Below are positions 39,706 through 54,218 of a stretch of 64,000 nucleotides of DNA, piece by piece. How positions within the stretch are numbered: the first letter of the stretch is position 1; each line of letters starts with the position of its first letter. The notes below the pieces were generated by a model that saw only the letters and a list, made by a program, of their open reading frames with translations, searched no databases and was not told the DNA's origin. The stretch covers positions 1-64,000 of the forward strand of contig NW_021834788.1 of NCBI RefSeq assembly GCF_006345805.1. Direction: 5' to 3'. The translations under genes were made by a program, and so were the position numbers. The DNA comes from Octopus sinensis. Lineage: Eukaryota.

Positions 39706-40277
39706 TATCAATAATAAATAAATATATATATATATTATATATATATATATATTATATACATGCATATGTGTGAGTGTGTGTACATATTTGATTAGATTTA
39801 TGCACATAGCCGTAGGTATTATCATAAATCGCGTCTTTCCATGTATTATTTATATGTCATTATGTATGTTTGCGTATCTGTGCATAGATTCTTACGTGTA
39901 TTGTGAATATATTTATGTTGTGACATTGACATACTTGATTTCAAGTAGAATTTCTTGAATTCTCCTCGTAAAGTCACAAACAATACGTTTCTTGTGAAGA
40001 TAACTCTGTGTAAACTTGACAGGAAGCATTCAATCATTGATAAAATTACATTATTTATATATTTCTTTCTTCATTTATGCTTGAAGCGCAACAGGTGTGT
40101 ATTAACTTCGAATAGGTTTCACTGTATTTCTGAGAGCGAGAGTTACAAGGAAGTGTGTGTAACTCATTGCAGAGCACATATCACCAATAACTTTTTTCAG
40201 AACAACAGCTGATTGTTGCTGATGGTCTCACACAACTATACCGTCCCGCCATATATATATATATATATAGGTTATAA

Positions 40278-40380
40278 GAGATAATGGTGTCATTGAGACC
40301 CAAAGGTGTCAGGTAATGCTGGATAAGTGTTATGGATAGACCATAGTTAAGTTCCAGGTTCGGTGATTTTGCGAATAAGG
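40278..40380 (-). mobile_element. Second copy of the 33505-33610 repeat
   Basis: Direct sequence match in inverted orientation. Confidence 0.6.
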
Positions 40381-40411
40381 GGTTCAATGTTGGTCAATAT
40401 GTCAGCGTGTG

Positions 40412-40537
40412 TATATAAAAAATTTTTGCGTAATGAGATAAAAAACCAAGGCTGTGCAGATATTAGAACATTATCTATAAATGTTCTTATATCTACATGG
40501 CCTTGGTTTTTTTTTATCTCATTACGCAAAAAATTCT

Positions 40538-40543
<6 letters not shown>
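40412..40543. repeat. ~130-bp imperfect palindrome
   Basis: aatttttgcgtaatgagataaaaaaccaagg...agaacatt / aatgttct...ccttggtttttttttatctcattacgcaaaaaatt with a 7-nt loop. Confidence 0.9.
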
Positions 40544-40568
<25 letters not shown>

Positions 40569-40684
40569 CTATATAATCTCCCCTTCTTTCTACTCTCTTG
40601 TGAAACCTTGTTTTTCCCAACCAGTTGCCATGCTTGATCACTAAATCCACAAGTCTTTTTAATTCTCTCTCCGTTTTTCTCTTA

Positions 40685-40770
40685 TTCATTTCCGTTGAAG
40701 TGTGTGGGCTCGAAACGTATAAGGCTTTCTCACTTTCCTTCAAACTTATACACCTGCTTGTTGTTCATTG
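40685..40770 (+). mobile_element. Penelope-type pLTR remnant with degenerate HHR-like motif
   Basis: ttt-CCGTTGA-agtgtgtgggctc-GAAAC-GTA-taag. The downstream cctgcttgttgt tail also occurs inverted near 14860. Confidence 0.4.
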
Positions 40771-40869
40771 TCGTTCTAGCCTCTTTTAAACAACCACATA
40801 TGATTCGTCCGAAAGAATCAACCTTTAAATAAGAGTCTTGCTTCCACTAGCGAAAGCTATACGTATCTT

Positions 40870-41251
40870 TCAAAAAGTTCTATACCAATTTCAGTCTATG
40901 CGGCATTCGCTATTACTTTATGCGCAGGCTATGTGGGAAGACAGAATAAAGGGGCTGGTTCGCAATAATTTATACAGAAAATTCGCTCTTATAACTCTGC
41001 CTTCCGATGACAAGTTTCGGTCACAAACCCATTCATGAAAATTCCTATATGCCAACGTTCAAAATTCAGGGTCAAACCTATCATCGAATTGGCTCTATTC
41101 TTCCTGTCACCAACGCTGAACTCCGATTCCTTCAAATTTTCTTCATAGGAGACAGCAATCAGCTCGCCGATCTCAGGTAGCACATAGAAAAAAGTGGAAA
41201 AAATACCACCACAGCAACTTAAACCGTCCAAAAGGTGGGTGCGTTTGCTAG
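40870..41251 (+). mobile_element. Helitron RepHel N-terminal coding relic with a Helitron-like 3' end
   Basis: FIQKIRSYNSAF(fs)MTSFGHKPIHENSYMPTFKIQGQTYHRIGSILP...RFLQIFFIGD (41007-41180) matches the conserved pre-Rep region of Helitron transposases. It ends in a degenerate hairpin and CTAG|T at 41248-41252. Confidence 0.85.
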
Positions 41252-41281
41252 TATATATATATATATATATGAAGAGAGAGA

Positions 41282-41317
<36 letters not shown>

Positions 41318-41841
41318 TCTAGGAATCTCTTATCCAAAATTGGTGAGATCAAACGTGTTGCGAATCTAGAATCTTTTTCGGATTACGGTCGATATATGTA
41401 TTGTATATATACACATATATATTTTTATTTATTTATTTATCTATGCCTTCACACACATATGAACTGCATATATTCATAGATGGGTTTCCCATAGTTTTCT
41501 CTTCGACTAAATTTCATTCACCCCATATTTAGTCCACCCGAAACTATTGTTGATGCAAGTGTCCATAATGTCGCATAAGAGTATCGAACACTGAATCACA
41601 TATTTGTGAAGCTAAGTTCTCTACCAAAAATTCATAACATTTGTAAATACGTCTAGAGACGGTTTTACAAATATAAACATGCTGTCACACACACGTAACC
41701 ACACACACACACACACGCACACACATATACACACACAAACACAAATATACACACACAAACACAAATACACATACACTCTCATACACACAAAGACAAATGT
41801 ATTGAAATGCATTCACACAGACACGTACACACATCTATCTT

Positions 41842-41893
<52 letters not shown>

Positions 41894-41978
41894 CCTACCT
41901 ACCGACCTATTTATCTATCCATCTATCTATCTATACACACACATACATACACTCAGACACACACAGACAGACAGACAG

Positions 41979-42014
<36 letters not shown>

Positions 42015-42206
42015 GGTTCTCCATCATGACCGCAACTGCATGGCTGAAACGAGTAAAAGAGTATATATATATCTATGTATATATATATACATATATATAT
42101 ATATATTATATATATATATATATATATAGATATATATATATATATAGATAGATAGATAGATACGTCAGTTTGAGTGTGTACATATTCTTCTCTGCATATA
42201 TATATA

Positions 42207-42248
<42 letters not shown>

Positions 42249-43294
42249 TATACATTCTAAAAGTAGAGAAATAAGAAACAATAACAACAAAAATATTTTG
42301 TACATTAGCAGATCAGCAGCAAACATTCTTTCTATTTCAGAAAACAACAGCGTCGGCATATTTTCTTGTCTAATTTGTATTGTGCTGACGGTAGTTGAAG
42401 CATGACAAAACATTGTACATTATCTCTTGAACTTCAAGTATAGTTGTCTCGAAACATTCTTGGTTGATTTAGTTCTCTTTCTGATGGTACAAGATTACGT
42501 TTGATTTAGATTTGCTTTTTGGCACCGGTTTAGAGTAAATAGTATTTAAATCTTATATGAATTACATAGTATAAGTCCGTTTAGTTTTTCCTTTTACTAT
42601 ATACGCCACAAGTAATCGACTATTCTAAATGTCTCGTAAAAAGACAGACGAAATGAATGTTAATTGTTATATATAACCATGAGTATTCTAAGGATTTCTA
42701 ACATTATCTTATCTATACGCTGTCGACTATCGACAAGTTTAGATAAGATCGACACTCAAACATCGTAGGTATTCAACGAAAGGAAGGTCATATGATTGGC
42801 TGGTAAAGTCTCACTCATTATCATGTCACCGCACAGATTTCTTAACAGATTTCTTAATGTCTGTGTCTACAGCTAATACATCATCGTCTTGTTTGAACTA
42901 TAAAGTTACTTAAACAATTTGCTCTCTGTTCTTTTATACTTCTTTCATTATTCATGCAATCTCATCTTCCAGACCCGCGTCTGAAATTTCTTCCTTGCTC
43001 ACGTTAAATACCGACTATTCAAGGTGTACTTCAATAATGAACAAATATATTCACTCTTTTCAGTAAGTTAAAAACTTCACTGGAAAATATGTTGGCCCGC
43101 TGTTTTAAATTTGAATTCGGTCAATGTTTCGGTAGCTTCTCAAACAAAAAAGCGTTTGAGAAGCTCAAATACCTGAGCTTCTGAAACAGTCCCACCAACC
43201 AGAATAGTTACAAAACTGTTTTTGAAATGATTTACATCATACTGGCACCTGAGGTTTTGTGCATATTTCATGCCTTTAACTCCTATTGGCTTAC

Positions 43295-43513
43295 GCTTTT
43301 TACTCTTTTACGCTTTTACTTTTTTCAGCCGTTTGACTGCGGCCATGCTGGAGCACCGCCTCTAGTCGAGCAAATCGACCCCAGGACTTAGTCTTTGTAA
43401 GCCTAGTACTTATTCTCTCGGTCTCTTTTGCCGAACCGCTAAGTTACCGAGACGCAAATACCACCATCGGTTGTCAAAAGATGTTGGGGGAGGGGACAAA
43501 CACAGACACACAA

Positions 43514-43586
<73 letters not shown>

Positions 43587-43700
43587 TACGACGGGCTTGT
43601 TTCAGTTTCCAGTTTCCGACCCCAGCTGCTAACAGTGAATTTCCACCCACAAGGCTTTGGTCGGCCCGAGACTATAGTAGAAGATACTTACCCAAGTATC
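43295..43700 (-). mobile_element. SINE family A, 5'-truncated
   Basis: Reverse complement is colinear with 58540-58948. Confidence 0.88.
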
Positions 43701-44284
43701 TTGACTCCATGGCTTAAACCCGACACTGAAAGAAGTTAGTGTCTTAAGATACGAGACCACAGATTTACTGAAAAAAATAGAATTGTCCCAAATTCATACC
43801 AATCTCAAAAAGAAATAGAGACATGAACGACTCAGTGGATCTAGAAACTAGACATTGTACTATAGTGATCTTTATACGAAGACACCTTATAGATCTAAAA
43901 TCAGTGTCAAGTAATGAAAAGAAAAAATTGCAGTGAAGCTGCGTGATAGTGGTGTTAGACGTGGCATGCAGGCCATCGCCTAACTTGTTTAACAATACAT
44001 GTTTATTCTTCTCTTCTGTTTTATTTTGACATGCGCATTGCGTTGTTATTCTACTCTTTTGTTTTACGAATTCAGTGTGCACATGAGTATTGCGTACTCA
44101 TACTTCTCTTTCCGGTTCCTACTCAAAACTGTTTACAGATCACAACCATCGCACGAACCTGCGTTCGTGAGGAGCGCTTCGCAATCCGATGATTGTAAGA
44201 AAACGGATGATCGCTCATTTTTGATCTAGCTGTTCTATGATTACACTGAATCGCACAAAATTTTTCATTTTCTTCCCTATTTTG

Positions 44285-44635
44285 AAATCATATTACCTCT
44301 GATGAACATGGGATTGTACCTAGAAAGTTACCCTCCGAAGCACAAGTCCGCGCAATGTTGTCTATGGAAGACCAACCGTCTCCCATGCATGCCAGTCTCC
44401 CATGCATGCCAGTCTCCCCTTTCCGTGCCACCGATGTTGTCCAAGAGAAAGGCAAAGGCTGATACAGATTGGCATTAGTGACGTCGCAACTTATTTCCTA
44501 CAGTTGAGTCAACTGGAGCAAAGCGAAATAAAGAATCTTGCTCAAGAGCACAACACAACTACCCCGTCCGGGAATCAAATTCACTACTTCATGATTGTGA
44601 GCCCGACGCTCTAAATACTGAACCATGTATCTTCA
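44285..44635 (-). mobile_element. tRNA-derived SINE family D, degraded
   Basis: Minus-strand head tgaag...atggttcagtatttagagcgtcgggctcacaatcatga...tttgattcccggacg, CORE-like ctcttgagcaag, and a distinct tail. Confidence 0.7.
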
Positions 44636-45232
44636 TGCAATAACCTATGATTAAACTATCACTTATAATTATCTTGCAAATGGTAATGTAAATATTTGTT
44701 AATTAGTTAGTCTGTCGTTGCTTATGACGACCAAGGAACAGCAAATGGGACAAAACAGGACACGGTGTGTTTGGCTGTAGCCAACAAGTCCGATGCGCGT
44801 TCAGAAGGTTCTGCCGAAATTCGGACGTTAGTGGTTCGTCGGGACTCATGACAAGGAGTTTAGTTCAAGACTTGCGTAGTCCGCCTTCACCTGCAATCCT
44901 GTTCCGTTCATAGAGGGTCGTTCCTATATTCGTGCAGCTTCACCAGACAGGACAGTCGTGTGATTGCGTTTCTCAGATGTAGGTTTTGTCTGAAAGCTCT
45001 GGAGTAATGTACATAGTGGTAGTTGAGATGATAAATTGCAAGACTATATTATATTTATAACATCAAATTAGAAATTTTATGGGTGTCTGGCCAAAAGATG
45101 ACTAGAATTCAAATTTCTTTTTCATATTTCGTTAGCCGAGTAAAGCAGTTATCCACGATATACGAAAGTCAATGCGCACACAAACACACACACACGTGTG
45201 AGTACTTCAATACATATATATATATATATATA

Positions 45233-46394
45233 CAAGGGTTGGAAAAATCATGGACTCACCTAGCATCATAGCATCATAATTTTGAAATAGCTATAAAACC
45301 GTTATTTATTATTAGTGTTGCTTCATATGTTTTGCTAAAATTGCTCCTTCTTTTTAGATCTCATCAGAAAAGGGCAATTAAATTCATTAAAATGAAAGAT
45401 CTATCGGACTTTCAAAGAGGTTAAATTGTTGGTGGTCGTATGGCTGGCGCTAGCGTAACGAAAACAGCCGAAATGTTTGGTGTATCAAAAAGTACTGTCT
45501 CGAAAGTAATGACAGCTTTTGAGAAAGAGGAAAAAACCTCGTCGAAACAAAACTGCAGAAGAAGACCAAAACTTTCAGATAGGGACCGTCGGATTCTTAC
45601 GCGAATTATTAGAAAGGATCACAAAAGTACAGCTCCCCAAATTACTGCAGAGCTTAATGACCACATCGAGAGCGCAATTTCCACAAAAACTGTTCCCCGG
45701 GATCTTCACGAAGTCGGATTTCACTGGAGAGCTGCAGTCAGGAAACTACTACTTTCAAAATCAAACATTGCAAAGCATTTAGAGTGGAGTAAAAACCTAC
45801 AGAATTGGTCCCTAGAGCAGTGGAAGAATGTTATTTTTTCGGACGAGTCATCCTTTACCTTATTTCTGACCACCAGCCGAGTATACGCGTGGAGACAAAC
45901 AAAACAAGCATTTGACCCAGACTGCCTTCTTCGAACTGTTAAACATGGAGGAGGATCTGTGATGATCAGGGGGGGGGTGCTATATCTTGGAAATCCGCCG
46001 GCCCAATGCTTTCCCTTCATGCCAGAACTAATAGTCAAGACTATGTAAGCATTTTATCTGATCAAATTCATCCTATGGTTGCGGATCTATTTCGGGAGGG
46101 AAACACAATCCTTCAGCTTGACAATGCACCAATTCATACAGCTAAAGTTGTTACTGAATGGCACGAGTAACATTCTAGTGAAGTTGAACATCTTATTTGG
46201 CCACCACAGTCCCCGGTTCGAACATTTATGGTGCATTTTAGAAAAAACAACTATGGAGTCGATATCCTCCACCATCATCACAACAAGAACTGGAGAATGT
46301 TTTAGCTGAAGAATGGAGAAAAATTCCTTTGGAAACAATTGTACGAGTCCATACCTCGTAGAATTCAAGCTGTAATTACTTCCAAAGGCGGTCC
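45233..46394 (+). mobile_element. Tc1-family transposon, nearly full-length pseudogenised transposase, 3' TIR missing
   Basis: TA|CAAGGGTTGGAAAAATCATGGACTCACC 5' TIR. From 45392: MKDLSDFQRG*IVGGRMAGASVTKTAE...VIFSDESSFTLF...TVKHGGGSVM...DNAPIHTAK...WPPQSP...EHLW...IPRRIQAVITSKGGP. Confidence 0.95.
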
Positions 46395-47789
46395 TTTGTT
46401 ACTGAATCAAATGCTTCTGAATCAGTGTTCTATCCCAAGTCAAGTCAAGTCCTTATTAGTTACGTTAAAATAAATTAAAGACTCAAGATTTCTAAGGAGT
46501 CCTTTTTACAGTCAGTGTTATTTGTTTCCATGGATACTACTAAATTTATCTAGAATATTTTCATACATGTATATTCAGAATGATACTTGTACACACATGC
46601 TCACACGTGCACATACATACACACACTTACTCACAGGCACACACGTAAATACACATGCATACACCCACGCACACACAGGCGTGTATATGTATATTAGTAC
46701 GTGTATGTATTTGAAAGTGTGTGAATCTCTAAATACAAATGGATGTCTAATTAGAAAGAAGCATTCATCAATCTATATTTCAAGCAACCTTTCATTAAAT
46801 TTCTTTTTAGTCTTATTCATTGAAGAACCATCGGTTTTCTTAATTAACAACTTTCTTATATGTTAATTTATCTTTTGATAATTTGTAACTTTTCTTTAAT
46901 AACCAAATGAAAAAATAATTTAAATTGTCAATCTCTACATTGCATTCGCCTAATCGAAGCTATATTGAATAAAACTGTAAATTTTGTTTTGCAGTCTAAC
47001 CCTTATATATAACGGAAGTTTATATACTGCAGACATATTTCAATAGAAGTGATAATCTATTTATTACACCAGAAAAATAAAGATAGTAATTGATACTTTA
47101 GTTAGTGAAATCCGAGAAGCGATACGTTTGGAAATAAGTTGTGATCGTCATTAATAGAATGCTTGGCTCTAAGTATAACACTAACGACAACGTAGTTGGA
47201 TGTAACGATCCAGTTGATTGTAGAAGAATATAATGATAACGCAGTCGAATTTAAATTTCTAAAATCTGTACAAAGCTATGAATGTTGTAAAACTGTTAAT
47301 AGTTGGCTTAATTGACCATACTGTTTGCCTAATATTTATTTCGATTCCATATTAGCAATGAGCAAAAGCTATTTCATCCAGTTTTGAATTGAAAACCTCA
47401 ATTTCTTTACCCAAACGTTACAACAAATAATATTTAAATTCGCTTCACGCTCAAGGCATGCCATAGGAAAAACAATCATTTCTCATCAAATACAACAACT
47501 CCTTACATCCGTCACACCCCTTGTCCACTAGTCCCCATTTCTGGTAGTTCGTCTTCTTTGTGTAAGAAATGTGTGCCCGAATTTCACCACTGTAACAATG
47601 ATACCAATAAACAAGTAATAAGCGTTCAACTGTTGTTTATCTTGATGTTCTATTATTTTCAACAGCATTGGTGATACGGAGGTAGGTGTAATAAATTCAA
47701 CCAAGTAGTAAAACCGAACTGTTGACACTAAATAACTCTGTTCATTTTTTGTCGACATCGATCACAAAACATTAATAAATTGCAAATAA

Positions 47790-48110
47790 CAAGCTTTATC
47801 CATACAATCCATTCAACTTCGTCCAATATTTCTGGGAGGTCGCGCGTCTAGAGATCTCAGGTACCTCTTCCATAGGATTCGATATGAAGCAACCGTTATT
47901 AACGTTCTGGTTCGATTCCCAAGCGTGACCATTTCGTTCTTGATCTACCCCTTTGTCATCTGCTGGTTGGCTCACCTTAAAGAAGACGTCAGGTGATTCC
48001 TGTGACATTCTAATCACATGTCCGTTGTACCGAAGAATGGATCTATCCATGCAAAGATTCCCTGAACCATTTACGTTCCAGAGATCCTTCGGTAGAATCC
48101 AGTTTCAGTC
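47790..48110 (-). mobile_element. RTE-type LINE ORF C-terminal relic
   Basis: RSILRYNGHVIRMSQE followed, after a frameshift, by QRGRSRTKW (the LRWxGHVxRM...RxRGRPRxxW motif). Confidence 0.6.
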
Positions 48111-49124
48111 GCTTTTTTCGCGCTCGTACTTTTTCGGTCAATACTCAACATTCACGAATGGTAAAATAGTATTCTTTTTAAAACACATGTATATAGAGTT
48201 AATCTGGAAAGGTTGCCTATCTGTTATAGGTAACTAAATTCCACACAGCCATTTAAATTGAGTTATGTATAATAAACTAAAACCATCTGTACATTCTTCT
48301 GAAAAGGAAAAGTATATTGTACCTTAAGTTATATTATCGACAAGTTCTGAGGTATTTTCTACTATAATGTGACATTTGCAAAATGTAGTTTGTATCAAGC
48401 ATTGGTACAGAGTATCCCAAGCGTTTGATGTCATATCGTCTACGAATTCCTTGAATCTTTACAACAGGACACAGTCGCAGTGGATTTACGCTCTGTTTTC
48501 AGTGCATGCTTGCTTGCATGCTGGTGCTAATATGGCGGATATTTATTTCTGGGAAATTGATTCTTTTCTTGGTGGATATCTCGTTTGTAAGCAATTATAT
48601 TGGTGAAGATGGTATTTGTTTGATGTTGCTGGCATGATTCCTTTTCAGACACTTGAAGAATGCTGAGACTCATAATTTAGGTAGGATGTATTAGCTGTCA
48701 GCTTTCTGTACGCAGAATATTCTGAAATACTAGAAAACGTTTGGCTGAGAAAATAGCAAATAAATAATCTGAAGACGAAATGATATATCTATTGAACAAA
48801 AACGAATGTAGCTTTACCAGTGAACAAAGAAGTTGATTCACAAGCGTGTTGTATCAAGATGATTTGGTATGTGAAGTAGTAGCTTATTTGCTCTTCTCTT
48901 CAAGTATACTTTGTAAGGACAGTTAAGCATGAATAAGCTAGTGCCTCTTCTAAGAGAATTATTTCTCAAACCTACATTATCGCATTAGCTGGGATATTCT
49001 CCAGTTCTGTGCATTTATCTACGTCTTGGAAAAGACATTGCATGCTTATATGCATTTACAATTTAACCACCTGTCTATGTATCTGCCAAAACCACCAGCC
49101 TTTCTCTCTCTCTTTCCCTGATTA

Positions 49125-49496
<372 letters not shown>

Positions 49497-50257
49497 CTCA
49501 TATACACACACACACTCACACACACATTTACATGTATATGTCTGTCTGTGTATATATATACATACATACGTACATGTGTGTTTTTGTGTGTGTATTAAAG
49601 TATAAGTGCGTGTGTATTTGATTGTAATATTTGTATATGTTACGTACTTAAAAGTGGATGTGTCGTGCGCATTCACAAACAGCGTATTGTTGGTGGTTTT
49701 TATAGAGAAATACAAGAACGTTTAGCACATACATGTTTGTGGAATAGTAGACAAAATTCGTAAACATCGAACAGTCGAAAACTCCCTTACTAGAGTTAAA
49801 GTGGGATGTATATCATCGTAACTCATAAGCTTAAATTCACACAAAAACACACGTACACACACACACAAACACACACACGCACGCATGCACGCAAACAAGC
49901 ACACGTGCACACACTTTCGACAAATGCACAAATACAAACATGTATATTTGTATGTGTTTGTATACAAATGTATGAATTGTTATGAATTGCCGTAAAGAAT
50001 ATTACAAATGAGATTAGTTGTACAAAATTAAGCAACACCAGTACTTCAATCAACAGGAACGAGTCGCTTTCTAGATGGCCGCTTGACTAACCAGCTAGAA
50101 AGGAGCAGCCAAATCTCCCTCAAATTATACCTTGGTGTCATTAGAAAAAGGTAAACGCTTGAATAATGTGGTCCTGGTCTTCCTACTCGCAGGAAAAAAG
50201 ACGGAACGATCACGATTGGATGGAATGTCTTTGATCATAGGTCAGCTCATTCGGGAA

Positions 50258-50295
<38 letters not shown>

Positions 50296-50513
50296 CTCAT
50301 ATACATACACACAAACTCTCACACACACATATATATGTATGTGTCTGTCTTTGTATATATACATACATACGTACATGTGTGTTTGTGTGTGTATTAAAGT
50401 ATAAGTGCGTATATTTATGCTTAACTGTCCTTACAAAGTATACTTGAAGAGAAGAGCAAATAAACTACTACTTCACATATAAGTCATCTTGATACAACAC
50501 GCTTGTGAATCAG
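50258..50513. repeat. Composite locally templated insertion
   Basis: 50260-50410 is a direct copy of ~49465-49611, and 50412-50512 is an inverted copy of 48834-48935. Flanked by tcgggaa at 50251-50257 and 50514-50520. Confidence 0.85.
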
Positions 50514-51069
50514 TCGGGAAAGACCTGAGGATAAGCAAAACAACAACAGCCGTAGGCCAAAGAAGTGGACTCGGTGGCGTATTGGCGATGCACAATTCAT
50601 AAAAAAAAAATGTCATACCTCTCTTTAGTTTCTTCCCTTTGTCTTAAGGGAAGATCAACGTATATGGGTAATATAACTCTGGGTGTACTATGTCTACAAT
50701 AAAAATAGATTCATCACAGTTGGATTGCATTGACAATTGGTCTATTCAAAGAGGGCTAACAAGGGCAAAATATCAACAACAATAACAACAGCAACAACAA
50801 CTTATAACGTCAGTAGTACGAACATCGTGTAACCGAATAGACTCCCCACGTTATTGATTACTCTCACATAGTTGAGTTGGCCTGCTTCTAGAAATAACAG
50901 CCAGATCTGCTACATAGAACTATCTAAAGCAATCTTTAAAAAATCAAACCCCACCATAAGATAATCATCATTAACCCCAATTGATGAGGATTCTGATAGC
51001 AGTACCACTAGTAAAATATATCAATAATAAATAGCTACTATGACGATGGCTTCGATAATAGTATAACAG

Positions 51070-51506
51070 TGTTGATGATTATGAGGATGATTATGATGAT
51101 GATGATGATGGTAATGGTGATGGTGATAATGATTAGACTGATATTGATGATCATTTCATTAGAGCCCTTAATGACGCCCAGCAGATCATGGAGATGTAAT
51201 AATAACATGCAGGGATAATCATAATAGATTAGATTTACCATTGGTGGTGGTGGTGGTGGTTGTGGTGGTGGGGTGGTAGTTGTGGAGGTGGTGGTTGTGA
51301 TGGCGGTGGTGGTGGTGGTAGTTCTGGTGGGGATGGTGAGGATGATGACGAAGAGAAGGAAGAGAAGGATGACAAAGGTCTTGGTGGTGGCGGATGTGGG
51401 AGGGTGATAAGGATGAAGGTGATGATGTTGATGACGATGCGGGTGTTGACGTTAGTAGGGGTGCTGCAGCTGATGATGATGATGAGTATGACGACGTCAA
51501 CGGTGG

Positions 51507-51540
<34 letters not shown>

Positions 51541-51790
51541 GCGGATGTTGTTGTAGTTGCAGTATTGGTGATTGCAAGTAAATGTGAAGGTGGTAGTTTT
51601 GGAAAATGATGATGATGACGATGATGGTGATGATGATGATGATGATGATGGTGATGATGATGGTGAAGATGATGATGATGATAGTAGTGGTGGTGACAAT
51701 GATGATGATGATGCTGATGATGATCATGGTGATGATGATGGTGATGATGATGGCGAAGATGATGGTGAAGATGATGATGATGTCGATGAT
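51070..51790. repeat. (GAT)n/(GGT)n low-complexity tract
   Basis: Directly visible. Confidence 0.93.
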
Positions 51791-52825
51791 TAAGACAAAG
51801 TGGAAAGAAATACTATAATGATGAATCAATATCCACAGCGGATCGATAGTGTAATGCAATCAAGATAGCAAATTAGATATTGCCTGATCGATAGTCATGC
51901 AAGTTGAATAAAATATGCAATCTTTTAGTGGAAGTAATTAGCCGAATTTGGGTAAATATTGCAGGTTATAGTAATGATACTGTTAACTGACTTTGCTGCA
52001 ACCAAGCAGTAGTATTGAAGAAATACTGTATTCTCGGATAATAGTCCACTAGCTAGGCATTTTGTTTTGATAAAGTAAATGTCTTGCCGAGATCTTACAC
52101 TTAACACGAGAGAAATAGAAGCAAACTCGCTAATTTCTCCCGATTAACCTCAATTTAATGATATATATCTTAAACTTTATCCATCTATTAAATATATAGA
52201 GACTGTCAAGTAGCACTTTAATAAATTTATGTGGGTGTAATGTTAGTTTTTTACCATTAGGCGAGTTGACAGCATCGTCAGTACATCGGGGGGTGGAAGA
52301 ATGCTGGGGTCAGCCTCGCTTTTACTCTTATCCCAGATGGATAAAATGAAATTCTTGTCCAGTACTGGTATCAATGGTATTCATTAATCCCTTTTTCTAA
52401 CAAATTCGTTGGTCGTTTACTTAATTAGTTTTTTCCACCAATTAGTTACGAAATATAATGTAGGCTTTTCCAGACGTTCGAACTTGAATATTGCACAGTT
52501 TCTGTCAAAGCACAATCGTAAAATGATTAATGAAAGTTCATGATTTTATTTGTTGTGCGTGCTAGAAGTTTATTTACCAAGACAAGTATATAAATAAAAT
52601 GGAATACGGTATAACTGGGCCACTGTATAGTAATTAAATATTCCTTATTACATTTCATTTATTCTGTTGTCAATCGAAATCGAATTATGTCTTAAACTAG
52701 AAAAAAAAAACAATTTCTGCCATATGGGTAGTACAACAACACCACAAATAACAACACCACAATCAATACCTTTGGTGGGCGTGTAATTTTATACTGAAAT
52801 GCTATGATATATTCTTTGTAGCTTG

Positions 52826-52918
<93 letters not shown>

Positions 52919-53123
52919 GACACTCACACATATATATATATATATAGACACACAACATGTATATATACAACTACATAATCTCTTTTCCTCAACAGGCCCT
53001 TAACTATTTAACATGGTCCCGAAACAGATCGAAGAGGAAAAGTATTCCTTAACCTTTAAACGGTATCTGGACAAACACATACATACATACAAACATTCAT
53101 ACATACATACATAATTCATATAT

Positions 53124-53159
<36 letters not shown>

Positions 53160-53767
53160 GACAGGCTTCTTTCAGTTTCCGTCTACCAAATCCACTCACA
53201 AGACAAGTGAACCATACTAGGCTCCTTGGCAGGTGATGAGTTAATCAACGCTACACCCATAGATGACAAAGAAACAATCATAGAAACAGAGGGGAAATAC
53301 GCGAAGAAGTAGAAGTAGGAATTGGAGGAGGAGAAATAGGAGGAAGAGGAGGAGCAGAAAAAAGGAGATGGAGAGGAAGTAACAGTAGGAGGAGGAGGAG
53401 GTGACGTAGGAAATAAGAGAGCAGTTATGGTTATGGAAGGAGTCATATATATATATGAGAAATTTATTTTATTTCATTTTATATGAAGGTCGTCACTATT
53501 ACACTTTTGACAATTAGTGTTTACTTAATCATTTCATCTGAATAAAAATTTGATAAAATTCGCATTATAATTATTGTATGTATGCCATGTTTCCTGATAT
53601 CATCCATGTTGTCAAATGTACACTTACGCAGTTACTTCTTATATAAAATAATGTGTAAGACACCGGTTACATACAATGATACAATACGTTATGCATACCA
53701 ACATATATGTATATGTAGACGCACACACATATATATGCATTTACATAAATACATATCTGTATATATC

Positions 53768-53799
<32 letters not shown>

Positions 53800-53812
53800 T
53801 GTATGTAGTATG

Positions 53813-53864
<52 letters not shown>

Positions 53865-54124
53865 TGATTGTCGTTATGTAGAGTTCTAATCACAGTTTTA
53901 CATTAATCTGATGCGTTACTGTACCCCTCTTCCGACATCAGCACTCTCGTAACATTAACTGGAAAACAGTAAAAAATGCAGCAATATTCCACACACACAC
54001 ACGCACGTATGCATGCATGTATAAAGCAAATTTATATTAAATTGAAGAATTACTGATTATAATATTGTAGATTACTTAGAATCAAGCTACTGTCACCTCT
54101 CGCCTATTAAACACACACACACAC

Positions 54125-54218
<94 letters not shown>

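Noticed and set aside
44139-44194. Small plus-strand exon candidates (here and 63572-63614)
   Set aside because: Splice-like dinucleotides around short open frames are expected by chance in 64 kb; no homology support.
44690-45000. GC-richer island, possibly an RTE-like 5' region
   Set aside because: No translatable motif or second copy in the window to support a call.
51219-51859. Asp-rich and Gly-rich ORFs resembling acidic biomineral proteins
   Set aside because: Degenerate (GAT)/(GGT) tract with frames broken by stops; no signal peptide or exon structure.
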